Notes under the pieces: model-generated
Told to the model about the DNA's origin: nothing
Database searches by the model: none
The model's input: the letters and a program-made list of their open reading frames with translations, nothing else
Made by a program: the position numbers and the translations under genes
Source: an uncultured Desulfospira sp.
GTDB lineage: Bacteria > Desulfobacterota > Desulfobacteria > Desulfobacterales > Desulfobacteraceae
NCBI GenBank assembly: GCA_963663165.1
Contig: OY760175.1
Coordinates: 6,272,001-6,336,000 of the forward strand
Reading direction: 5' to 3'
DNA length: 64,000 bases
In this document: positions 1-9,465 of the stretch, in pieces
How the letters are laid out: each line of letters starts with the position of its first letter
How positions within the stretch are numbered: position 1 is the stretch's first letter

Positions 1-55
1 ACAAAAATTAGATATGGATTTTTCCGGTCACATGGTGTAAAAGATTAAATTCCAA

Positions 56-131
56 GCGCCCGTAGTGCAGGGGATAGCACGTCAGCCTCCGAAGCTGAAG
101 ATCGCTGGTTCGAATCCAGCCGGGCGCACCA
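56..131 (+). tRNA. tRNA-Arg(CCG)
   Basis: Acceptor stem GCGCCCG/CGGGCGC, anticodon arm TCAGC-CTCCGAA-GCTGA (CCG at 89-91), T-arm GCTGG-TTCGAAT-CCAGC, encoded 3' CCA. Confidence 0.97.
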
Positions 132-178
132 CCTCATCATTCCCCGGTTTCCATAAACATAAACTGCACTTTAAAGTT

Positions 179-1426
179 ATGAACCCAGGACATGAATCCC
201 GGCTGAGAATCGGCCTGATCTCCTACAGAAGCAACCCCCATTCCGGCGGTCAGGGGGTTTATGTCCGTCATTTAGGCCGTGCCCTGTCCGATCTCGGCCA
301 CCAGGTTGAGGTGATTGCAGGCCCCCCGGACCCTGAACTTGCCCCCAACACCCGGCTGACCATGCTTACTACCCTGGACCTTTACAACCCGGCCGACCTG
401 TTCCGGACCCCGGGTCTGGACGAACTCAAAGATCCGGTCAACCTCATTGAATGGCTTGATGTCTGCGCCATGGGATACCCCGAGCCCTTGACCTTTGGCA
501 TGCGGGCAAAGCGGTACCTTAGGGGAAAAGAAAGCCGATACGACATTATCCATGACAACCAGAGCCTGTCCTATGGGATTTTATCCCTTGCCCGCAGACT
601 GCCCGTAACGGCCACCATTCACCATCCCATGACCGTGGACCGGCGCCTGGCCGTTAAAAGCACCCGCTCTTTTTATAAAAAATTAAAGGCCCTGCGCTGG
701 TATTCCTTTATTGGCATGCAAAAACGGGTAGCCCGAAGGCTGCCCCGGCTGATCACGGTATCGGACAGTTCCAAAAAGGACATCTCCAGAGAATTTAAAA
801 TCAGAGAATCCCGGTTTGCCACCATTCCCATCGGCATTGATACCGACCACTTTTACCCCCTGGACCATATTAAACGAATCCCGGGCCGGATCATTGTCAC
901 CAACAGTGCGGATACCCCCTTAAAGGGGCTTTACCACCTGCTTTACGCCTTAAAAAATATTATCCGGAAAAGGAACGCCTTTCTGGTGGTCATCGGGTCG
1001 CCCAAGAAAAACGGCGGCATTGAAAAACTGATCAAAACCCTGGACCTTGGCCGTCACATTGAATTTACCGGCCGGATCGACCACGACCGGTTTGTCAAAG
1101 AATATGCAAAGGCCTCCATGGCCGTGGTTCCCTCCCTTTATGAAGGGTTCGGCCTGCCCGTAGGTGAGGCCATGGCCGCAAGGGTGCCGGTGATTTCCAC
1201 CACCGGCGGGGCCCTGCCTGAGGTGGCCGGGGATGCGGCGCTTCTGGTCCCTCCCGGAGATGCCAAAGCCCTTGAAAAAGCCATTATAAGGCTGATGGAT
1301 GATCCCAAACTCAGCGAAGATTTGGCCCAAAAGGGGTATGACCGGATTCTTTCAAGCTTCACCTGGGAACAGACCGCCATTAAAACCGCCCAGGTCTACA
1401 GGGAGGTCATCCGTGCTCACCTTTAA
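179..1426 (+). CDS. Glycosyltransferase family 4
   Basis: N-terminal GGQGVY and C-terminal PSLYEGFGLPVGEAMA GT-B motifs; start moved to ATG 179 because the ORF-track start lies inside the tRNA. Confidence 0.9.
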   Translation: MNPGHESRLRIGLISYRSNPHSGGQGVYVRHLGRALSDLGHQVEVIAGPPDPELAPNTRLTMLTTLDLYNPADLFRTPGLDELKDPVNLIEWLDVCAMGYPEPLTFGMRAKRYLRGKESRYDIIHDNQSLSYGILSLARRLPVTATIHHPMTVDRRLAVKSTRSFYKKLKALRWYSFIGMQKRVARRLPRLITVSDSSKKDISREFKIRESRFATIPIGIDTDHFYPLDHIKRIPGRIIVTNSADTPLKGLYHLLYALKNIIRKRNAFLVVIGSPKKNGGIEKLIKTLDLGRHIEFTGRIDHDRFVKEYAKASMAVVPSLYEGFGLPVGEAMAARVPVISTTGGALPEVAGDAALLVPPGDAKALEKAIIRLMDDPKLSEDLAQKGYDRILSSFTWEQTAIKTAQVYREVIRAHL

Positions 1427-2123
1427 CTTTAACCGGTTTGGCCTGGAGCCGGGCCATCGGTTTCTGGATATCGGCTGCGGGGAAGGGCGGCACATTGTCC
1501 GGGCCTGTCAGGAACAGGGGACCATCTGCACCGGTGCGGATTATGTGTTTGACAATCTTTTGACAAGCCGGAACAAGCTTAACTTTCACCAGGCCGTCAA
1601 CGATCTCAAATGCCGGGACTGGAACCTGTCGGCCATGGATGTGACCCGGCTGCCCTTTGGTGACCACACCTTTGATCTGGTTATCTGCTCCGAGGTTTTG
1701 GAACATATCCCGGATCATGAAACCGCCGTGGCGGAACTGATCCGGATTGTCAAACCCGGCAAAATCCTGGCGGTCAGCGTGCCCAGCTTCTGGCCGGAAA
1801 AAATCTGCTGGTTGCTGTCAAAAGAATATACCCGGGCCGACATGGGCCATGTCAGGATTTACAAAAAAAACCAACTTATTAAACAGTTCACCTCAAGGGG
1901 GCTGATATTCACCGGCGCCCACCGCTCCCATGCCATCCATGCCCCGTACTGGTGGCTCAAATGCCTGGTGGGGGTCAACCGGCCCGATTCGGTTTTGGTC
2001 AACCTTTACCACCGCTTTCTGGTCTGGGATTTAATGAAAAGGCCCTGGATATCCGGTTTTGCCGACCGGCTGCTTAACCCCCTGCTGGGCAAAAGCCTGG
2101 TCCTCTACTTTCGCTGCCCCTGA
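1413..2123 (+). CDS. Class I SAM-dependent methyltransferase
   Basis: LDIGCGEG motif I; LPFGDHTFDLVICSEVLEHI; probable GTG start overlapping the GT4 3' end. Confidence 0.88.
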   Translation: MLTFNFNRFGLEPGHRFLDIGCGEGRHIVRACQEQGTICTGADYVFDNLLTSRNKLNFHQAVNDLKCRDWNLSAMDVTRLPFGDHTFDLVICSEVLEHIPDHETAVAELIRIVKPGKILAVSVPSFWPEKICWLLSKEYTRADMGHVRIYKKNQLIKQFTSRGLIFTGAHRSHAIHAPYWWLKCLVGVNRPDSVLVNLYHRFLVWDLMKRPWISGFADRLLNPLLGKSLVLYFRCP

Positions 2124-2246
2124 CCGGGACACCATCACAGAAATGATGACCGGTATCCAGAGATTATGCCGGATAATAAATACGGTCACCCTGATCTCCC
2201 CGGGGCCGGTCAGTGGGGGGTAATTCCAGAATATCTGATTCACCGG

Positions 2247-2450
2247 TCATTGTCTGATATAATGTCCCCGTTCCTGAACGGACCACTCCTTTTCATGCCT
2301 TGTCCTTGGGGGTATATGTTTTGTCTGTCTGAATTGCTTAACCCAGAGAGCCATGAGCAGTACAATAACGGGGTCCGTGATTTCCGGCGTTCTGCCGTCC
2401 AGGAATATCTGCATGATTTCAATGGCAAAAACAGAGGACGTCGTAATCAT
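2247..2450 (-). pseudogene. Possible VanZ-like membrane protein fragment
   Basis: IEIMQIFLDGRTPEITD resembles the VanZ E-x-x-Q...GR...D motif; short and apparently lacking an N-terminus. Confidence 0.35.
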
Positions 2451-2569
2451 GGCTAAACGGGAATAATCTTTCCATAAGAATACCTGTGTTAATCCATGGT
2501 TGATCTGATGGTAAGGCTCTGCTTTTGCCGATGTTTATTCCAACTATAAATGGGGCGGCCCGATCCGGG

Positions 2570-5500
2570 TCACTGGGGCTGATGTTCCCTATGCTGTTTG
2601 ATCTCGTCTAAGGCCTCGTTGAACCGGTATTTGCCGATAAGGAAATTGACCGTTTCCATGAGCTTTCGCTCTTCCGTGTTCAGGGCAGTGGATTTGAGCC
2701 GGGCAAGTACCGGCTGGATCTGCTTGGGGCGCCGTTTTTCAACCGCCTGGATCAATTGTTCCCATAAATCGCCCTGGGGCTCCTCTAAAACAGCAGGGGC
2801 AGGGGGGGGGGCATCCTGGGTTTTAAGGAGGCTGCTGGCGTTGACCTCGTCAATCATCCGGGTCATTTCTTTTTCAAGATCCGGCAGCAAAGACTCGTCC
2901 AGGGTGTCTTCTATTTTTCCGGCAACCTCCTGCAGGGCAGATGCCCCGATATTGCCTGACAGCCCTTTAATGGTATGGGCAATTCTTACGGCCTCTTTTT
3001 TGTTTTCCGTTATCAGGGCTTTCAGCCTGGGGGAGATGTTCTGGTAATCGGCAATAAAATTTTTGATGATTTTGGCGTAAAGCGCCTTGTCTCCCATCAT
3101 GCGGCTCAGTCCGGTTTCGGCGTCAATGGTGGTGAAATCCGGCAGGCCTTGGGGTTCTGAAGCTGTGTCTTCAGGGGCTTTCGCCATATCCGGATCAAAG
3201 GCCGCGCATTTTTTAGGAATGAGCCGGAGCAGGGCGGCAAAAAGCTGGTCCACGTTGATGGGCTTGACAATATGTTCGGTGGCCCCGTGATCCAGGGCCT
3301 TTTGCACATCACTGGCCATGGCATTGGCCGTCAGCGCAATAATGGGAACATCCGGATCAAATTCCCGGATTTGCCCGGTGGCCTCATACCCGTCCATGAC
3401 GGGCATCTGGATGTCCATGAGAATCAGTTCGTATTTTTCCGGGGCCTGCCGGTAGGTATCCAGGGCAATTTGCCCGTTTTCCGCCTCGGTGATGATGATC
3501 CCGCTGTGGGACAGCATGCCCAGAACAATTTCACGGTTCAGCTTGTTGTCCTCCACGAGCAGGACAGAGCTGCCCTTGAGGGTGGTCAGCTCTTTTTTGA
3601 GCTGTGCGGCATTGGTATTTTGCTGATATTCGCGTTTAACGGCCTCACCGGTAAAGGTTTCTAAAATAACCTCGTAAAGGTGGGATGGGTTGATGGGCTT
3701 AAATAAAAATGTTTTGATGCCTTCTTGTTCTGCCTCTTCAACCACGGATTCCTGGTGGTAGGCTGAAACCATCATGATGACTTTGCCGGTGGATCTGCCG
3801 CATTCTTTGATCTGCCGCACCGTTTCAATACCGCTCATCTCGGGCATGTGCCAGTCCATCAGGATCAGGTCAAATTCTGTTTCCCTCTCGCAGATAATGG
3901 AAAGGGCTTCCCGGCCGCTGACCGCCGTCCGGGTATCGATATGGTAATGGCTGAGCATTTTTTCAAGGATTTCCCGCCAAGAGGAAGTATCATCCACAAC
4001 AAGGGCTTTTTTATCCTTGAACTGTTTTAACCCCACCGGTTTCTCCGGCTGTTCAAGAATGGTCACCTCAAAGGCAAAGGTACTGCCTTTCTCGTATTCG
4101 CTTTCCACCCATATGTGGCCGCCCATCATTTCCACTAAGCGTTTGGAAATGGTCAAGCCAAGGCCCGTGCCCCCGTATTTGCGGGTGGTGGATACGTCGG
4201 CCTGGGAAAAGGATTGAAACAGCTTGCCCTGCTGCTCCGGCGTCAGGCCGATACCGGTATCTTTGACCTCAAACAGGAACCGGTTTTTTTCAAGTTTTTG
4301 AACGTATACCCCGACTTCCCCGTTTTCAGTGAACTTGACGGCGTTGTTGACCAGGTTGGTTAAGACCTGGCCTAACCTTAAGGGGTCTCCGTGCAGGTTC
4401 ATGGCAGTGATGTTGTCGTAGGATACAATAAAATCAATATTTCTTTCAGCGGCCTTGGCTTCCACGATGGTGGCCACATTGCCGATTACAGTACTCAAGT
4501 CAAAATCAATGTTTTCCAGCTGAAGCTTGCCGGCCTCGATTTTTGAGATGTCGAGAATATCGTTGATAATGCCCAGAAGGGCGTTGGCTGATACCTCTAT
4601 TTTTTCGATAAACCCTTGCTGGGCCGGGGTGAATTCGGTTTCCTTCAACAGGTAAAGCATGCCGGTAATGGCGTTCATGGGGGTTCTGATTTCATGGCTC
4701 ATGTTGGCCAGGAATGCGCTTTTGGCCTTATTGGCGGCTTCGGCGGCCTGGCGCTGCCGTTCTGCCTGGGCCCGTTTCATCCGGGCGGTAATGTCCATGA
4801 GGTGGCCGGTGATGCCGTACATTCGGCCGCTCGGGCTCACCAGAGCCCGACCGGACAGGGAAACCCAGAGCAGGGTTCCGTTCTTATGCTTCATGCGGGC
4901 CCTGAAGTCGGTCACGGTGCCGTTCTCAATGATTTTGTCCACAAACCGCTGCCGGTCCTTGATATCTTCGAAGAGCTCTGCGCTGATGTCCGGGCTGATC
5001 TCCAGCAGTTCCTGGGTTGACCCGTATCCGAATATCCTGGCCATGGCCGGGTTTATCTCTAAATAGGCCCCTTTCTCGGTGACCTGGAAAACCCCTTCAA
5101 TCGCGTTTTCAAACAAAGACCGGTATTTTTCTTCCGCCCGCCGGGACTGGGTCAACGCCTTTTCCTGGAATTCGACCATATCAAAGAATGATTTGTACAG
5201 CAGCCGGATTTCCTGGCCCACATTGGTGCCGGGCCCGCCGGCATTTTTATCCACCGCCGGGTTATTGCGGATTTCGTTGGCCACCTGGGCCAGTCTGAGA
5301 ATGGGTTGAACCAGGCCGGTGTTTACATGGCGGGCAAAGATCAGGGTGGCCAGAATGCAGAAGGTGATACCGGTGACAAAGACCATCAGGAAAAATTGGA
5401 AAGGCTTTTTGGCTGCGGCAAGGCTTGACAGCACAAGGCAGTTGAACCGGTTTCGTTCCAAAGCCCTTGGCAGGCTGATGTCGGCGGCAATGAATACTTC

Positions 5501-6211
5501 TTCTTTGCCCTGGTGCGCAATGGTCATTTCTTCAATGGCCTGGCTCTGGTGTAGATGGTGTGAATATTCAACCTGTGAAAGCCATTCCGATTCAGCCACA
5601 GGGCCGTCAGCATTGTAGATGGTCAGGCCGGTGAGGCCGGTTTTGCTCATTTCCTCTATGGTGCCGGCCGGCGGAAAGGCGGCAAGGGTGATCAGGGTCC
5701 CGATTCTGGCCGTTTTGTCCATTATGGGAACGGCATTGACCACGGCCAGCCGCCCCTGGTAGGTGGTGTACATGGTATGGTTTCTTTCAGCGGCCAGGGC
5801 AGGGGGGTAAAGGGTCTCATCCTTGGGAATATGGGTTACGATATTTCCCTTTGCATTCAACAGCCAGATCCGGTCAAACCCGCCCTCATAGCCCATGTTT
5901 TTTCTTAAGATCCGGTTGGCCTGGGCCGGCAGATCCAGGTGGATGACCACCCGCAGGGCGTTCTGCTCCGCCAGGTTCCGGGTCTGGTGCTGGAGGAAAA
6001 GCAGGTCCCGGGTCATCATGCTTTCCATGAGCCTGGCGGTCTGGCGCAGGTTGTTGAGCATGGCATGGCGGATCATGTGGGTGCCGGTAAAATAGACAAT
6101 GATCAGTCCGAGGGCGCCCACACATACGGCTAGCCCCAGACTGGCCATCAGCTTAAATTTCAGTGACCGGTGCCGCATCCCTTCAGATGGAGACTGTTGG
6201 AAAAGGTTCAT
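2570..6211 (-). CDS. Hybrid sensor histidine kinase (periplasmic sensor-HAMP-PAS-HisKA-HATPase-2xREC-HPt)
   Basis: [15 protein letters not shown]-box, [11 protein letters not shown]-box, DTGIG and GGTGLGL G-boxes, receivers LMDWHMP and LMDIQMP, HPt AHTIKG; two TM segments; start at ATG 6211 avoids overlap with the upstream gene. Confidence 0.93.
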   Translation of the reverse strand: MNLFQQSPSEGMRHRSLKFKLMASLGLAVCVGALGLIIVYFTGTHMIRHAMLNNLRQTARLMESMMTRDLLFLQHQTRNLAEQNALRVVIHLDLPAQANRILRKNMGYEGGFDRIWLLNAKGNIVTHIPKDETLYPPALAAERNHTMYTTYQGRLAVVNAVPIMDKTARIGTLITLAAFPPAGTIEEMSKTGLTGLTIYNADGPVAESEWLSQVEYSHHLHQSQAIEEMTIAHQGKEEVFIAADISLPRALERNRFNCLVLSSLAAAKKPFQFFLMVFVTGITFCILATLIFARHVNTGLVQPILRLAQVANEIRNNPAVDKNAGGPGTNVGQEIRLLYKSFFDMVEFQEKALTQSRRAEEKYRSLFENAIEGVFQVTEKGAYLEINPAMARIFGYGSTQELLEISPDISAELFEDIKDRQRFVDKIIENGTVTDFRARMKHKNGTLLWVSLSGRALVSPSGRMYGITGHLMDITARMKRAQAERQRQAAEAANKAKSAFLANMSHEIRTPMNAITGMLYLLKETEFTPAQQGFIEKIEVSANALLGIINDILDISKIEAGKLQLENIDFDLSTVIGNVATIVEAKAAERNIDFIVSYDNITAMNLHGDPLRLGQVLTNLVNNAVKFTENGEVGVYVQKLEKNRFLFEVKDTGIGLTPEQQGKLFQSFSQADVSTTRKYGGTGLGLTISKRLVEMMGGHIWVESEYEKGSTFAFEVTILEQPEKPVGLKQFKDKKALVVDDTSSWREILEKMLSHYHIDTRTAVSGREALSIICERETEFDLILMDWHMPEMSGIETVRQIKECGRSTGKVIMMVSAYHQESVVEEAEQEGIKTFLFKPINPSHLYEVILETFTGEAVKREYQQNTNAAQLKKELTTLKGSSVLLVEDNKLNREIVLGMLSHSGIIITEAENGQIALDTYRQAPEKYELILMDIQMPVMDGYEATGQIREFDPDVPIIALTANAMASDVQKALDHGATEHIVKPINVDQLFAALLRLIPKKCAAFDPDMAKAPEDTASEPQGLPDFTTIDAETGLSRMMGDKALYAKIIKNFIADYQNISPRLKALITENKKEAVRIAHTIKGLSGNIGASALQEVAGKIEDTLDESLLPDLEKEMTRMIDEVNASSLLKTQDAPPPAPAVLEEPQGDLWEQLIQAVEKRRPKQIQPVLARLKSTALNTEERKLMETVNFLIGKYRFNEALDEIKQHREHQPQ

Positions 6212-6224
6212 TGTGCTTAAGTTA

Positions 6225-7316
6225 TTATTTTTCGGGTTCGCCCTTGAGTTCAATGTGCTTGAACACGGAATCCGATGCCAGAAGGATATTTTCCGGGATA
6301 AAGAGTCCCAGTTCATTGGCGCGTTCAAGGTTGAAGACAATGGCATAATCAGGGGCCTCTATAATGGCCAAATCACCGGGCTGTGCCCCTTCCAGGATGG
6401 CAGCGGCCTGAACCCCGGCATGTTTGCCCATACTCTTGAAGTCCACCGAGGCGCCGCCAAACAGCCCTAACTTGCAGAAAAAGTAATTGAGCGGGATTTC
6501 AGGTTTTCTGGAGTTCGCCAGGGTCCACCGGAAAATGCCCGGTGCCGTTACCCGTGTTCCGTCGGATGTGGGCAGGGTTAAGGCCACCGGGTACAGGGCC
6601 TGGACGGCGTTATCCTGGTTCAGCGCCTTAATCAGGGTTTTATACTCATCAAAGGTCTTGACCCGTCGCACCTCCCAGTCCACGGGCAGCCCTTCGGCGG
6701 CTTCAAGCTCGAACTGTTTGGTAATGGCGTTGCCCGTTGGCGAATAATCCGTGATCCCCACGACTTTTTTGATACCGGACAGGGCATTGTGCAGGACGGT
6801 CAGGGCCCGTTTCAGGTGAAGCTTTTCATACACCCCGGTGACATTGCCCCCCGGGTGTTCCCGGGTGTCCATGAACTCTTTTTTCCGGTCATAGTCCTCG
6901 GGCTGGCCGTTCAGGCCGCAGAAAACCACCGCGATCCCCGGCCGGTTGATAAGTTCCATGCCGACTTCGCGAAAGGCGTTATCGTCGAGGGCAACGACTA
7001 TCCGGGGGTGGCGCTTTTCCACTTCTTTTAATGCCAATCGGCCCCGTTCAGCCACGGCTTTGGGGGTGGTATAGGTTTTCTTGGTGTCCATGTAAAATTC
7101 TTTAACATTTACCCTTCCCGGATACAGGCCGGATTCCGTCAGGGCCTCGATAACCCCGTCAGCCTGGGGCTGGCCGCAGACATGGTCTTTTTCGTAACTG
7201 TGGACGATCAGAACCAGGGGCGTTTGGGCACAGGCCAAGGGCAGGGCAAATACCGGCATAAAAATCGCCGGCGTCACGGCAACGAATAATTTAAACCGAC
7301 TTATCAATCGAACCAT
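6225..7316 (-). CDS. ABC-type periplasmic substrate-binding protein, likely sensory partner of the kinase
   Basis: Signal peptide; VHSY, DDNA, NVTGVYE motifs and [12 protein letters not shown]-terminus; directly upstream of the kinase with no permease nearby. Confidence 0.8.
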   Translation of the reverse strand: MVRLISRFKLFVAVTPAIFMPVFALPLACAQTPLVLIVHSYEKDHVCGQPQADGVIEALTESGLYPGRVNVKEFYMDTKKTYTTPKAVAERGRLALKEVEKRHPRIVVALDDNAFREVGMELINRPGIAVVFCGLNGQPEDYDRKKEFMDTREHPGGNVTGVYEKLHLKRALTVLHNALSGIKKVVGITDYSPTGNAITKQFELEAAEGLPVDWEVRRVKTFDEYKTLIKALNQDNAVQALYPVALTLPTSDGTRVTAPGIFRWTLANSRKPEIPLNYFFCKLGLFGGASVDFKSMGKHAGVQAAAILEGAQPGDLAIIEAPDYAIVFNLERANELGLFIPENILLASDSVFKHIELKGEPEK

Positions 7317-7585
7317 CTGTTACCTCCGTAATTTACAACAAATTGGCGGCAGGCGAAATGTACGATCCCGGTCAAAAAAACCACCGGCCCGCCCTGGAGG
7401 GCAGCATGGGGGGGCTGGGCTTGTTGAATGGGCCATGACCGGTAATTTTAAATAAGGGTAAAAAGCCGCGGTTCTTATAGATATAAACAAATGGCGGGAT
7501 CGTGTCAAGGGACGGCAACAGGGTGATCAGGGGGATCGCATGTAACTTGCATCCTGGTGATGTCGATTTTGATGATAATAAATGT

Positions 7586-7689
7586 AAAAAACGGAAACCG
7601 GGAAAAAGGAGACCGGAGACCGGATCGCGCATCCTTAGGGGTTTCGCATCCCGGTCTGCGGTCTCCTTTCCTCCGGTCTCCCTGCGTTT
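7586..7689. repeat. REP-like palindromic element, family A (GGAGACCGG/CCGGTCTCC arms)
   Basis: Self-complementary arms; near-identical to 12413-12519. Confidence 0.8.
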
Positions 7690-7772
7690 GAAGATAGTCC
7701 TTATTTTCCATTTTGGAATGGATTGCTTTTTTACCTGCGATTGCCTTGGGGACTGGAAATAGAAACAGGCCC

Positions 7773-9053
7773 TTAAAATTTCAAGTCTCCTGAGTTCGTA
7801 AATTCAAGTTCGCCGAAAAGTTGAATCCGGGCATGGGGGATTTTTTTTATTTCGCCGGCCAGGGCCTGGCTGACCAGAAAACGGGTGGTGTGCATGGTGT
7901 CTTTGATGATCACGGCCCTGGCCCGGGACGGATCAAGGGGGCCAATGGTCTGAAAGGCCGCCTGGATCGCCTTTTCCTCGGAGGGAAGCCTCACCGGAAT
8001 AAAGGCTTTGCGCAGGGACATGGAGGTGAGTGCGTTCATCAGGGTGGCCTCGTAATCCATGGATTGAAAGACCTTTTCCGTAATGATGTCGGCATTGCCA
8101 AGCCCAATAGCGTTGCCGGCGGTTTGCTTCGACAGGTTCAGCACCGCCACCCGTTTGGCGTCAAGGCTCTGGGAAAAATCGTCCTCCATTAAATCGTAAG
8201 TCCGGCCCGTGACATTGGGGTCCATGCCGGAACCGCTGATTTCCTTGCCGATCTGCCTGATGACCAGGACATCAATTTCGTCAAAGGGTAGGGCAGGGAA
8301 TTCCTTTTTGGCCTGTTCAAGGAGCCGGGCCTCGCCTTTGGCCATGTCCCGGGCTGAAAGGATCTCCACGGCCATGGTCCGGTCATGGGCGTTTTCCACT
8401 ATCCCGATGCCCAAACACAGATTGGTCTTTTCCAGGATAGTGTCGCCCATGGGCTTTAACAGTTTGTAAAATCCGTATTTTAAAGCCATGTGGTGATAGG
8501 CCAGTGCCCCCTCATGCTTGCCCATGCCCACCACCATCATTTTATAAAGGCCGCTTTCCATGGGCCCTTTGAATTTGGTATGGGGTTTGATCCGGTTGAT
8601 GCACAGGGCATGGTCGGCTTTAAGTGCCCTTGAAGAGAAAAAGACCGGTACATCCCCAAAGACCTGCCCGACCTTTACCGCCTCCATTTCCGGGCAAATG
8701 GGGGCATCACAGGTGCCAGGGGTAATGTTGAGCTTTTCAAGAACGTTCACCTGGCCTTCCGGGGTAGCGCTGCCATGGCTGCCCATGGCCGGGATGATAA
8801 AGGGGCGGGCCCCTTTTTGTTTAATGCACCGGCAGATACAGGCAACAAATTCGTCAATATGGGCAATCCCCCGGGAACCCACGCCTATGGCCACGGTCTG
8901 GCCGGCCCGGATGCCCGCCCGGTCAAGGGCCGGGCAAAGTTTGGCTTCGAGCTCTCCCACCGGATCGGAAAGGGCGTTGTCCGGCGGGTTGAGGTCAACC
9001 TGGTAAAACGGGGGAAAATAAAATTTTTGCTCCAGGTATTCAGGGTACCGCAT
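7773..9053 (-). CDS. Lactate racemase-like (LarA N-terminal/DUF2088-type) protein
   Basis: GVGSRGI, PAMGSHG, NRIKPHT, GKEISGSGMDPNVTGR motifs. Confidence 0.75.
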   Translation of the reverse strand: MRYPEYLEQKFYFPPFYQVDLNPPDNALSDPVGELEAKLCPALDRAGIRAGQTVAIGVGSRGIAHIDEFVACICRCIKQKGARPFIIPAMGSHGSATPEGQVNVLEKLNITPGTCDAPICPEMEAVKVGQVFGDVPVFFSSRALKADHALCINRIKPHTKFKGPMESGLYKMMVVGMGKHEGALAYHHMALKYGFYKLLKPMGDTILEKTNLCLGIGIVENAHDRTMAVEILSARDMAKGEARLLEQAKKEFPALPFDEIDVLVIRQIGKEISGSGMDPNVTGRTYDLMEDDFSQSLDAKRVAVLNLSKQTAGNAIGLGNADIITEKVFQSMDYEATLMNALTSMSLRKAFIPVRLPSEEKAIQAAFQTIGPLDPSRARAVIIKDTMHTTRFLVSQALAGEIKKIPHARIQLFGELEFTNSGDLKF

Positions 9054-9194
9054 GGGGGTTCCTTAACGTTGTTCTGATTCCGGCTGTCTCCACCATTAAA
9101 AAAGAGGATTACACCAGAATCTATAAAATATCGGCAGAAGATGTTTGACATCTGACGGCCTTTGGGGTTCTATACCACAGGCGGCCGGACCAGG

Positions 9195-9327
9195 ACAAGA
9201 AACAAGAAACAAGAAACAAGAGACAAGAGACAAGAGACAAGAAACAAGAAACAAGAGACAAGAAACAAGAAACAAGAAACAAGAGACAAGAGACAAGAAA
9301 CAAGAGACAAGAGACAGGAAACAGGAA
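9195..9327. repeat. Heptamer tandem repeat, 19 units of ACA(A/G)GA(A/G)
   Basis: 17 ACAAGAA/ACAAGAG units plus 2 ACAGGAA units, read directly. Confidence 0.97.
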
Positions 9328-9465
9328 AGAAGGTGGTAGGCTGAAGGGATGCGTAACCCTAAACGCCTTCAGTCTTCAGCCTAAGCCCCTGCATTTCATT
9401 GAAGGTTAAAAAAATTATATGAACTTTAAATCGGGTTCATTCAGGATAGACACCGGGCTTTTGCC

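Noticed and set aside
56..131. tRNA as an island attachment site
   Set aside because: No duplicated tRNA 3' end and no integrase noticed in the window
65..178. N-terminal extension of the GT4 ORF
   Set aside because: Overlaps tRNA-Arg; ATG 179 fits the domain start
9096..9344. Four short ORFs with QETR/LVSC repeats
   Set aside because: Translations of the heptamer tract
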